Shown here piece after piece: positions 11,100 through 22,199 of a stretch of 29,278 bases of DNA. A model generated the notes under the pieces. The model was not told where the DNA came from, searched no databases, and saw nothing but the letters and a program-made list of their open reading frames with translations. The translations under genes and the position numbers were made by a program. Position 1 is the first letter of the stretch. Each line of letters starts with the position of its first letter. Origin of the DNA: Bugula neritina (lineage: Eukaryota; Animalia; Bryozoa); the NCBI GenBank assembly GCA_964035545.1, contig CAXIUT010000195.1:1-29278 (forward strand), read 5' to 3'.

Positions 11100-12520
11100 A
11101 TGGAACTGCTTAAAGATCCAGGAAATACGCGAGTCTACAAAGGTCTACCTCCTCCCCCACAAAAACCTATTAAATCCTAAATTCTTTTTCAAGGAGGTCA
11201 TATCCAAGTATCAGTCCTCAAGGATTTCCTTAAAAAATAAGGTAAAGTAGCACCTGAAGATTACAAACGCATTGTACGTTAAGCCACGCAAATATTCAGT
11301 ATGTCTTGTACTAGCCAGGATCAGAACCTAACTTAATTGTCATTGATGACCCAGTCACCATTGTTGGAGATATTCATGGACAGTTTTATGACTTTCTTAA
11401 GTTACTTGAACCTTAAATCGGAGGAAATTGCTAGAATACGAAATATGTTTTTTTGGGAGATTATGTGGATCGAGGTAATTTCTCAATAGAAGTTTTACTT
11501 CTCATTATGTCCATGAAAATAAGCCGACCGAAACAAGTAATAATGCTTCGAGGAAACCACGAATGCCGACAGCTTACATCGTACTTCAACTTCAGACAAT
11601 AATGTACTATCAAATCTATTCAGGTCTGAGTAAATACAATCAATAGATATACGATCTCACGATGGAAATGTTCGATCAGATTCCTTTATCATGTATTCTT
11701 AATAAAAAATTCATTTGCGTACATGGAGGCATCTCCCATGACTTAAAGACAGTATTTTTTGGACGATTTAGTTGGAAGATGTTAAAAAAATAGACAGGTT
11801 TCGAGAGATACCGAAAATGGGTCTTTTTTGTGATTTGATGTGGGCTGATCCAGTTGATAGCAAAACTGGTATTTGCGAGGGCCTTGTGAAGCAAAATGAT
11901 GTACGTGGATGTTCATACTACTTTGGGAGCGAACTTACTAAACAATTTTTCGATAAGAATAAAATAATATCAGTAATTCGAGCACATGAAGCTCAAGCTG
12001 AAGGGTTTAAAATGTACAAATGGTCAGGAGCTTAAAAATTTCCTGCAGTTATAACAATTTTTTCAGCACCTAACTACTGTGATTTCTATAATAACAAAGG
12101 CGCTGTCATCAAGTTTGAGGTATTTTAGTATTAAATCAGAATAACACCTTGAATATTCAACAATTTGTTGAGAGTCCTCATCCTTATTTGTTACCAAATT
12201 TTATGAATTTATTTTCTTGGTCGATTCCTTTTGTGATAGAAAAGGCAACATAGGTATTTTACCACTTGATAAAACCATAATCGAAAATAGAGTCAACAGA
12301 ATTACCAATGTAGTTTGTTTTACATAAGAATGTATTGTAGAAGTTGATGGATCATACTAAGAAGCAGATAGAGACGAATATGTAGTTGGTGAGTTTGAAT
12401 GGTAATTGTCCTGACGAGAAGTTGTTGTAGACTGGTCGCTATCAGCAAGGTAAGAAGTAGTCTTTTGAGTAGAGGAAGCATATTGATTCTCGTAATGAGA
12501 GTCGACCTAGTCCAAATTGA
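11100..12520 (+). CDS. Calcineurin A (PP2B catalytic subunit)-like phosphatase
   Basis: [44 protein letters not shown], the CnB-binding segment [23 protein letters not shown] and an autoinhibitory-like tail [16 protein letters not shown]. Four 20-nt introns (11299-11318, 11604-11623, 11752-11771, 12120-12139). Confidence 0.95.
11299..11318 (+). other. Representative 20-nt spliceosomal intron (GTATGTCTTGTACTAGCCAG)
   Basis: Removal restores the conserved calcineurin frame (IFRSEPNL). It has A at +15, and the internal AG at 15-16 is skipped. Confidence 0.9.
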
Positions 12521-12560
12521 TAATGTTATAAGTTTTAAATTTGATTTGTTATTATAACTT

Positions 12561-14398
12561 ATGATTAATCAGGAGGTAGCTGCTTTGAGACCACAGGAGT
12601 ACACATCAAACAATTCGATAAGAAAATCTTAGAAAGTTATTAATTATCCTGCTAACTTTCATCTTAAGACTTAAACTCAGGATAGAGGTGAAGACTAGCA
12701 TCGTTCTCCTTAACATAACAAAATGGAATTCAGAGAAACATCATGGAGAAAACCTCGAATGCCTTATAACAAATTTCCTGACGCTTTTCAAATGAGAAAT
12801 AAAGGGTATTTATCATATTAGAAAGGAAAAGTATCGATCGAGGGGCGGCAGACGATTATTAGAAGTTAGTTAAGGAGAGATAGTTTAAACAGGTCAAGTA
12901 GTACCTCAATCCCATCAGTTTGGTAGATTTTGAAATAGGTAGTAAAAAAGACAATAAAAACCAAAAGAATAAAGTGCTAACCCTTTGGCGGCCTACAAGC
13001 GATATTTATAGATGCAAAAAAAATATACTAAGTAATTTCAAGATTAAGATCCTTTCCGTCGTAGCAAACAACTCTCTTTCAAAAAAAGTACATCTGGAAT
13101 CAGAATCAATGACTGTATCACTCTAGATGTTATCAAAAGAGGTCATAATACTGGTACTATCAAAAAAATGTTACATGTTCCTACTTTATAACTAGTTTGT
13201 ATCAGAGAAGAGCCAACTAATACTCGATAGTCAAGGAATTCTATTAAGGATTGGGTGGGTTTTTGGCAAAATAAGTTGAATAGATAGACGAGACTACCTT
13301 TTATGCAGGTGCATTCTGTTGCTTATAACTACCCTTAGGGTGCTATTTCGATAGTTATTGATTATTTCCAGGAAGGTTCTTTGCTTGATTTGCTTGAAGT
13401 GGTGCTTACTTTGCCTGAACTAGTTATCAGATAGGTATTTTAGCAGGTTTTGATCAGTTTGAAGACGTATTATTAGTTGACTGACATGCAATTCGGAGGG
13501 TTATCTCCATCACAGATACTAATAACTAATTAAGGAGAAATCAAATTAGGAATGGGATTGTATTATCATTTTACTAATAGTACATCTAACTCGATTTATC
13601 ATATTCGTACTCCTCAGAAAACCAGTATTTTATTTCTGATTTAGTATATTTTAGATGAACATGACTCAAAAAAACTTCATGAAGAGTTCAATAGTTCAGC
13701 CACTAAACTTATAAATCGAAAGATCTTTAGATATATTCAAACTGGGTTTAATAATGTTATAATGCGCGATAGGTGGTTTTGAAAACTACTAGCAATCTGA
13801 TTCTTTACACTAGATTCTCAAGATAGTATTCAGTGAATAGGGTCAAAAGATAGTATAACGTGACAATGTATGCTGTATGATCCATTCATAGTTGTACTTG
13901 ATTGAGTGGGGTAATCGCTAGTAACGACTTAAGCGATAACAAATCGATCCGGATAAAATAATACTTTATATGAAGTATATCAAAGATAGATTTTCTGTTG
14001 GCTTTATTAATTTCTTATGTTCTTGCTTGAAGTTGTCGCATGGAAGGAGAGTTTCTTTAAATTAGTTGATGGTGCATTCTTTTTTACGATCTGAAGGTAA
14101 AGATAGTAGAACTGTTGGACTTCAGTTGAAAGATCTGCTATTGGTGAGAAGGAGCGAACCGGATCCGATTATTTAATCTGTATATTTTTGATTTATCTAG
14201 AGTCGAATGGAGAGAGTAGATAAATTTATTGGACATGTGATGTCGATATTGAACGAGAGACCTCGATAGGAGTTGTTGGGTTTGATGCGAGGGAAAGACA
14301 AGATAATGGACCTGGGTAGGTATATAGGTGTAAATTATTATGGTTTGGGTGAGAAGTTGTTTGCTGCGATGGGGGAGATGGCGAGGACAAAGGTATGA
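12561..14398 (+). CDS. MAP2K/STE7-like pseudokinase
   Basis: Kinase-fold landmarks (LHVPTLELVCIRE, ISIVIDYFQEGSLLDLL, LSPSQILITNEGEIKLG, DIFKLGLIMLECAIG, FINFLCSCL..LMVHSFL) with the VAIK, HRD and DFG motifs degenerate. Introns at 12806-12825, 12923-12942, 13625-13644 and 14180-14200. The frame near 13580-13660 is unresolved. Confidence 0.7.
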
Positions 14399-14457
14399 AT
14401 AATATTATATTTTTATTGTTTTTATTTTTACTTATACTAAATATATAAAATAAATAA

Positions 14458-15411
14458 ATGAAAAAGCAGAGAACTATTTCTAACTATTCAGCTTTAAAGC
14501 ATCATACTAAGCAGCACTGTCCGATGGATTTGAGTTGTCAGGAGTGTTGTCCTTGTGTATAGCAATTGAAAAAGCAAAATAAGATACTGAGTGATAAGAA
14601 TATGACATGGAATCGTGAGAAAGATGATTTACTGAAGTAGATAATGCGTATGAGGAAGGAGATAAAGGGATGGTAGAAGAAAGAGAAGTAGTTTAGAGAT
14701 TTATAGGAAGTAAAGAGGAGGTTGAGGGAATAAGTTCGAGCATAAGTTCAGGGGTAGCATCGAGTTTAGGATATGATAATGAAGTAAAAAGTAGCACATG
14801 CTAAACAGGAAAGAGATCAACTCAAAAAATAACAAAATTAACTCTTAGAACAACTTCAAGACATACAGAATAAAGTCAAAAAAGCATCAGAAGATATCGT
14901 TAAAAGCGAATAGAGTTATAAAAAGTTGAAGAAGTAGTTCTAAGCTAAATGTTAGCAAACCTAAAAGTTATAATAAAATCTTTCTGACTTGAGAGATAAA
15001 AACATTTCTCTTGATAGGATGATAAAAGATAAGTCAAATATAATATAGCAGTTATAGAGAGGTCTGAATCAATCATAGAAAAACTATCTAACTGAAAAAG
15101 CAAGTAATAATTCAAAATAGACCTAACTCAATCGTTACAAATCGGATATAAAGGCGATATCTGAATCAGTGAGGCAGCTGAAAAGATAGACTGAGGATAA
15201 AAATTTATCAATTCAGGAACTGACTGACAAGAATAGCAAATTGGATAAAATAGTACATAATTTAGATTCTACGATATATTCTTATGGAATGTTGGAAGGA
15301 GAGCTTAGAAATAGGATTTTGGTTTCTGAGGAATATGCCATTCAGAAATAGATCTAGGTGAAGCGATTGGAAGCTGACTACTATGACGCTGTGTATCATC
15401 GGAGTGTGTGA
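14458..15411 (+). CDS. Coiled-coil protein (317 aa) with an N-terminal Cys/His cluster
   Basis: Intronless ATG to TGA ORF, rich in K/E/Q heptads once TAR=Glu, with HCPMDLSCQECCPC near the N-terminus. Confidence 0.75.
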
Positions 15412-15461
15412 TTGTTTATTTTTTATGATTAAATTATATCTATGTTGATAATAGATAGTAG

Positions 15462-17732
15462 ATGTTTCGAGGGTTGTTGGGTTTTTATATGAAGAGTAGG
15501 CAGAAGTTGATGATCAAACGTAGGAAAATACAACTTAAAAATAGACCTGTTTCAAAGAAACATCTCAAAGAAGAAAGAGAGCAGATGAATATATCATACT
15601 AAACTAAACTTTTGAATATCAGAAAAGAAATGGATAAGGGGAAGAGTCAAAATCATCATCTTAACTAAATTATTTAGGATATTTTCTATCCTTAAATCAG
15701 AATGAGTAATGAAAAATAAATCGAAGAGAGAGTTAGGCAGGTTACTAGTGATGCCATTAGCAAGGAAGAATAATGGTAGTAGTTGGTAAAAATGGATGAT
15801 CTTTCAGCATAGTTGATGCAAAGTGCACTTCCTCTTGAACTGCTGGAACTTCATTAGCAAAAAGTAAATCAGTTCAAAACTTCCCACTATATACTTTTGA
15901 TGGACAAAATGAATAATTACTGTTATCGACGTGAAAAGATAAAACGCTAGAGAATGTAGAATTGGTAGAAAATGTTAAAGAAGATGAAAACAAGAGATTC
16001 TAAATCAAAATAGATCAGATGTCCTTATTTATTTTTGTAAAGAGAGGATATTACAAGACATGAATATTGGATAAATTTTATCTAAACAATGAAGATAAGG
16101 CTATAATAAAAAAACAAAATATGGTAAATAAATGAATTTATACCTGTTTTACTTATGATCCAAAAAACATTTTATTCAATTCCTGGTGAATTATATCAAC
16201 TGGTGATGAATAGAAACGCAATGGTTGATTTTTCTGAGTTGACAGTTGAACATATCGGTGACTTATTGAATTTACTTAAATATAGAACTAAAATAAAGTT
16301 CAACTCGCATGTCAAAATAGATGCTCCTGAGACTCTGATACCCAAAGAGTATAATCATATATATTTGGCTCGTAAGTTGGTGTCGTATGTGATAGACAAT
16401 GCTTCTCTTTTTACTGTAGAGCATCTGATAGATATCTTTAAGGTGATTAATAGTCGTAAGAAGAAGATGGATATTTTATAGCAAAATCAGTATTAAAAGA
16501 TAGAGCATTTGATGGGTCCTTTGCTCAATGATTTGTCTTTTGAGAGTGTAGAAACATTTTTTGTGATATATTGCACATTCAACCAGAATCCTAATTTGTA
16601 ATTTATCTAAATTATCAAATATGATTTGTTTAGAAAAGCAGAAACGTGTGGAATGTATTATTATCTCTTTGATTTGATTATCAAAATCAAAAACAGGAAG
16701 TTGTCTTTTAAAGTATACATGCAGAAAGGAGTATAAGCAAGAAAGTTGTAACTTGAAGGTTTTGATTTGTTGATGAGATTGGCTCAAACAATAACACCTT
16801 TTCTTGATCGTATGAAATCATAGGAGTTGGTGTTGCTGATTGATACTTATTTTGATAATGAGGTTTAGGATTTATCTTTGGTCTAGCTTGTTTCTACTTA
16901 AATGATTAAAAGAGGAGAGTATTCTTTATAAGAGTTGGGTCGTAGTATGTTCAAGTTGACCTTATTGGGTCATTAGTCTAAAATACTAGCGAAATATGTT
17001 TTCAATGAATATAGCAATCGATATCATAGTTAGATGAAAAATTATAAAGAAGAAGGTGTCTTTTTATTGCCAACTGAGTAGCAAGTTAATATACTTGATA
17101 TGAATTTCAAGTAAATTCATCTGCAATAATGTTTGTTGATGATGATATGGGCTATGATAAGACAATTAGATAGTAAAAAATTGTAAAAAGAGGTTGATCT
17201 ATCAAAATTGTTGGAAATTATGCCTGTTAAAGTATAAAGTGGAGATCCTTTGGTTGTTTAGCTAGTTGTTAATATTAATTCAGTATTAAAGCGGTTTGAT
17301 TTGTTTCCTAAAATAAAATAAAATCAATTTGAATTTAGTAAAATTCCTTTTGGTAGATTTAGTGATTTATATCGAAAAGATTTTTCAAAAAATGATGTAG
17401 ATTTGATTATGTAATAAGAAGCAAAATAGTCTAATTTGTTTATTTCTAACTACAATCCTAAAGCAAAGAAGTTTTTGGCTTAAAGATGGTCAAAGTATAA
17501 TATTTATCATCAGTAATAGTATATCAGATTTTGTCAAGAGATGATGATAAATTAAAAATAAAAAACAAAGAGTTTCTTTGGAAATGTTGAGCTTAGTGAA
17601 GAGTTTTTAAAGAAAAGAGACGAACTGATGTTATCTTTGGGTTAAAAGAGAAAAAAGAAGGAAGGGGAAAAGGTCAAAAAAGAAAAGATAAATAAGAAAA
17701 AAACATAAAAAATATATGATATGCTTTTATGA
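15462..17732 (+). CDS. Large alpha-helical protein (756 aa), possibly a mitochondrial helical-repeat protein
   Basis: 2.27-kb TGA-free frame that includes the supplied ORF 16155-16481. Basic N-terminus MFRGLLGFYMKSRQKL. Function not recognised. Confidence 0.7.
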
Positions 17733-17865
17733 TATATTTTGTTATTCAGTGTTTTTTAAATGTTATGAATTAAAAATGATAAAAATAGAAGTCGAGAAGA
17801 ATGGTACTGGTTTGAGTTCAGTAGATATATATTTTATTGTGCTTTAAATTCATGATGAATGTTGA

Positions 17866-18437
17866 TCAGAGTCCCATTTCGGTTTTTCTATGGGCAAGTT
17901 TTCTTTTAATGTGGGAATTGAATTTTTCCCAGCTGATTGTTTCACAGTTATATCCTCCTACTGCATGGATGATTTCCAAAAGTTGAAGTTCAGTGTAGCC
18001 GTACTTCAATTGCTCATTGATAAACTTCAAGTCTTTGAACTCTAATTCTCCCTTTCCTTCGTAGTCAATCAAGTTGAAAGTTGCATGTCTACCTTCTTCA
18101 GTGAAAGGATTGCCCTGAATAAGTCATTATTTACAATTCTATTGGTGAGTTCCTTGACAAATCCTTCGAAATCAAGAGCGTGACCGTCGTTTAACTCATG
18201 GATTTCATTGAGAAGTCTAAGAGCCATTCCGAATTTTTAATCAAGGCCAAGAGTAGTGGCAGTGAGGATAATATCTCTGATATCAGTTCTTCTTTGACGA
18301 GGATCAGCGTAGAGGTTGAAGACTTGGTAGAGTTCTTCAATGTGTCCTGGCGCGAAGATGGGATTTTTGGCTCCAATGTCTTTAGCCATGATAGCTTTAA
18401 GATCTCTGTCGTGAGTTTACTTTCTTTCCTTGGTCAT
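17866..18437 (-). CDS. Divergent centrin-like EF-hand protein
   Basis: EELYQVFNLY..LGL..ALDFEGFV..FNLIDYEGKGELEFKDLKFI..ISWEKFNSHI follows the four-EF-hand centrin layout. One 20-nt intron at 18115-18134. Confidence 0.8.
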
Positions 18438-18551
18438 AAAATATCTTACAATAATAGAAATATCAATAAAATAAATCTTATTCAACTCTTCATTTACAGT
18501 TATTTTTATTAAATAAAATAATTAACAAAAACATCATAATTCTGATTGTTT

Positions 18552-21115
18552 TCAAGGCTGTCCATAAAAAATATGAGTGATAGGTCCATCTTGTTAATAA
18601 CCTAGCGTATCTTTCCATAATGATGATACTAAATCACTTGATTTTTTTTGTCTTTATCTTAGTCTTTCCATAGTATCTAATTTTTTATTAACAACTAGAG
18701 TTGGTTGATATCTGATGACAGGTCTATCTCTATTGGAAGGTGTTGGATGTATTCTTCTTAATTTTTATAAATGAGCTTATTTTTTGCCTTCAGAAAGGAT
18801 ACAAAGCAAAGGAAATTAATCATCTTTCTTTGATTTGATCTATTAAACTTGAAAATTTAGTTGTTTTGAACGATAGGTTGATCTAAATTATGAATCCATA
18901 TAAGAATTTAATGTTTTTTTGTTATTTTATAATTACAAAGATTAATTTTTTGTCTTTTTTATTATATATTTTGTATTTCTTTATGTTTCTTTTGACTTCT
19001 TATCTTATCTGCTTGCATTTTTTTATGATCTTTTAAGAATTCTTTATAAAAAGTTGTTAGTTGTAGTACTATCAGCTCTTGGTCTAGTCATAAGTAAAGG
19101 AGGTTTTTATACTTTATTTTGTATTGGTTATTAAGAAATTGTGTTTCTTGTTACTCTTGCTAATTTATCTATTTTTTTTAATTATCTTTTATTTCCTTTA
19201 TTTTTCTTTATCTTTACTACTTGTAACTTTTTCTTTTATTAATCTTCATTCAAACCAAAAGCCTATTCAACTGCTGTACATTTTGGTATTATATTTCCTA
19301 TTTTTTAAGTTATAGCTATTTAGTCTATTTCAGGTTAAGAGTCTGATCCTGATTCTTAATGAAAAGAATATTTTTATTTATTTTTGCTTTTTAAAATTGC
19401 TACTTAAGCTAATACTTTTGGTAATTATTATTAAACTTGAATTGCTTCTTGACTTTTAGAATAGTATTGATTCAAAGCTTTAAGTAAAGCATTTGAAAAA
19501 GAAATAAAAACAGATGGAGTCAGTACTTTAATTGGATTATTAGCTGCAAAAAATGATGATTCTATCGTCAATACATCAGGAGCTCTAGTTATTTACGAGA
19601 TAACAGCTCTAGCTGTAGTTTCTTTATATTTCGATATTCCAAAGGTACACAATGGAAAAGAAAATATACTTGAAGCTCTTGACATCAATAAAGGTAATAT
19701 TTTTCCATGATTATCAGTTTTACAACAATATGCAAAAATATTATACTCTTTGCTATGAGAATGAAGATCGAAACAGCTGACAACTTATTCTTAATTACTT
19801 AACCTTCTTATTTACTATTTGATGGCTATAAGATGAGGATGTAAGAGTTTATTAGGTTCTTTCCAAGCTCGATTCATATCCATTCCACTGAGATCACATC
19901 TGAAGTTTCCATAAATAACACCATCAACGTTGATCATAGGAAATATTCTGAAAGTATAATTTTTTAGTAGCCAATCTTTTTATACAAAAGAATCTCTTAT
20001 TAATTCTTTTATTAATGCTTCCATGAGAAAGGAAGACCATACTTCTCCTGGATGTTGCCTTGCTAGAAATATGATATTCTTTTTTGATGGTTCTGGAGCG
20101 CTGATGGTCAGATATGGTACTTGTGTGTTGGAGAGAGAATATGAAATGGTTTGTAGGTTGAATTTCAAATCAGGTCTTTCTAGAAGGGATTGTTTTGATT
20201 CTAGTAGGAAATTGGTCATTTTTGAGTATGAGTAAGGAGAGAGAAGGGAGAAATAGTTGGTATCATTCTAATAATCAAAGGTGGCTTCGAAGGTGAGTGT
20301 ATAATTTTAGTTATAGTGTCGATATTAATTTTAATTTCCTATTTTAGAATGATACATGTTGACTTTATTGCATTTGGACCATCCATTTCCTTTGGCTTCT
20401 TGTTACTTTACTGAAAATCTCGTAGGTTTCATTCCTTGTTTGACGAATCCTAGATATTTTCTAAAATTAACAATTGAAAAAGTATAGGTGCTATATCTTT
20501 TTTTATTTTTAACTGCGAAGTAAAACCATTTATTATATCCATTGGTATTGGTGTCATTAGAGAGAAAGAGGACATAGTGGTTATGTGCAGCTATGTTTTT
20601 ATAGGCATATAGTAGATTTCCACATTAAAATCTGGATTCGAAGGTGAGATCTTAACTTTGGTTTTTTAGTTACCAATTTTTAAGAAGTGAATAATTTTAT
20701 GCTGAGTAATTGACAACGCTGGTTAGGTTGATATTATTTTAGGTGTTGATGGACTAGAGATCTATTTTTTTATTGTTTCTTTGGTAAATGAGTTGATAAT
20801 TTTTGTTAGGAAAGTTGGGTTAATCTATTTTGGATATGATTTCTTTATCTTTTTTAGTACTTTTTATGCTGTTTTGATTCTCTTCTAGTGTAAAATGCGG
20901 ATATGAGTTGATTACTTCTGGTAGTTATTTTCTTTATATGATGATGTATACCTTATCAATGAATGAGTATTGATGTATCTTGGTTGATAGTCGTTGGGTC
21001 TGATAGTAGAATTAATGACTAATTTAGGTGTATCTTTATGTTATATTTTTATTATATTTTGAACAAATCCCTAGTCGTTATCTGAATCTCCCTATTAATT
21101 TTTATTGAACTACAT
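18552..21115 (-). CDS. Cytosolic carboxypeptidase (M14D, CCP1-4/Nna1-like) with a long charged C-terminal tail
   Basis: FESRF[TAA]CGNL, DTNTNGYNKWFYF, PYSYS, LARQHPGEVWSS, PMINVDGVIYGNFRC, DMNRAW, FDLHSHS, TARAV and LTIESSF. A 20-nt intron at 20932-20951 links the ATG at 21115 to the long frame. Confidence 0.9.
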
Positions 21116-21518
21116 TATTATTGCTTTTATAAAATATTTTCAAAAACCTTTCTTCATATTTTAGTACTTTTTCTATATCTATCACTTCAGATAGATAACT
21201 ATGATAGAAAAAGGAGGATTTTTGAGTTTTATTGTACTTAATATATAAAATTTTATATAAGTATATCTTATGGGTAATCAAATGCTCTGTAAATAAAGTT
21301 AGTGCTGTCAGTAATATATCGGATAAAAGGGAATATAGGTATAATTTCAAAATAAATCACCATCTCGATCTCAATAACCAAATTATTTACCAGAATAATA
21401 AGCAATCAGATAAAGCGATGGTTCTACTAGACCAAAATAATCCATCCAAACTGTAAAATAAATAATAAAATAGTAAAACTATATCTAAAACTAACTAAAA
21501 TTACAAAACTAATCATCT

Positions 21519-22172
21519 ATGCATTAAATACGTCTATCAATTGATTCAAAATGGGTCCATAAAATGAAAAACAATGCTATGTAGCCAATCGATATATTCA
21601 AAGTATACAATTTTATCAAAAAAGCATCATCTAAATAGACCAAACAAATCTATCAAAGACTTAGCTACTAGAATAGAAAGATGCAATTGTTGTTCAATCA
21701 GGTTATACCATCAATAGGTAGCTATTTTTTTGAAATTTAATTGATATCGTATCTGCCTAAACATAAATGTTAGTTTACTGTTGGGATTGTCAACTACTTT
21801 GCTGCGGTGGAGCTGTTGCATTGTAGAGATAGAACTAACCAGCAGCAAAGTTATACTTATAGGTAAAGAAATTTTAATATGGAATTGGAATGTCCCAATA
21901 ATCCTTTAATGCTCAATAAAATCATTAAAGTTTAAGTGTCAAGAGATGGAAATCATCCATACATAGCCTTTTATATCGATGAAGAAGAAATATAAAAAGA
22001 ATAACTGACTAAATAGATGCAGGAAGTAGGGGTATCAATGGTTCCTTATATTCAGACACAGCATGAGGGGATGTGTTTCGGTTGGAAGACGCCCTCTGGT
22101 TCAAATAGTCAAGGAATTAGATTATCGACTATTCCAGAAGAAAGTCAAAGTGGAATATCTGCAACAAGATGA
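21519..22172 (+). CDS. Hypothetical protein with a SPRY/B30.2-like beta-rich pattern
   Basis: ATG to TGA ORF in table 30 with GSYFFEIELI..FTVGIV..IIKVEV..IAFYIDE..MVPYI. The fold call is tentative. Confidence 0.55.
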
Positions 22173-22199
22173 TTTTTCTCAGATAGATTTGTAAAGATA

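Noticed and set aside
13560-13580. Intron-like 21-mer GTATTATCATTTTACTAATAG
   Set aside because: It has no A at +15 or -6, is not needed for frame, and contains no stop.
21116-21518. Possible small gene or N-terminal extension (supplied ORFs 21102-21350 and 21232-21456)
   Set aside because: No in-frame ATG or rule-conforming intron links these into a convincing protein. The ATG at 21115 plus a 20-nt intron explains the carboxypeptidase start, so this is treated as a divergent intergenic region.
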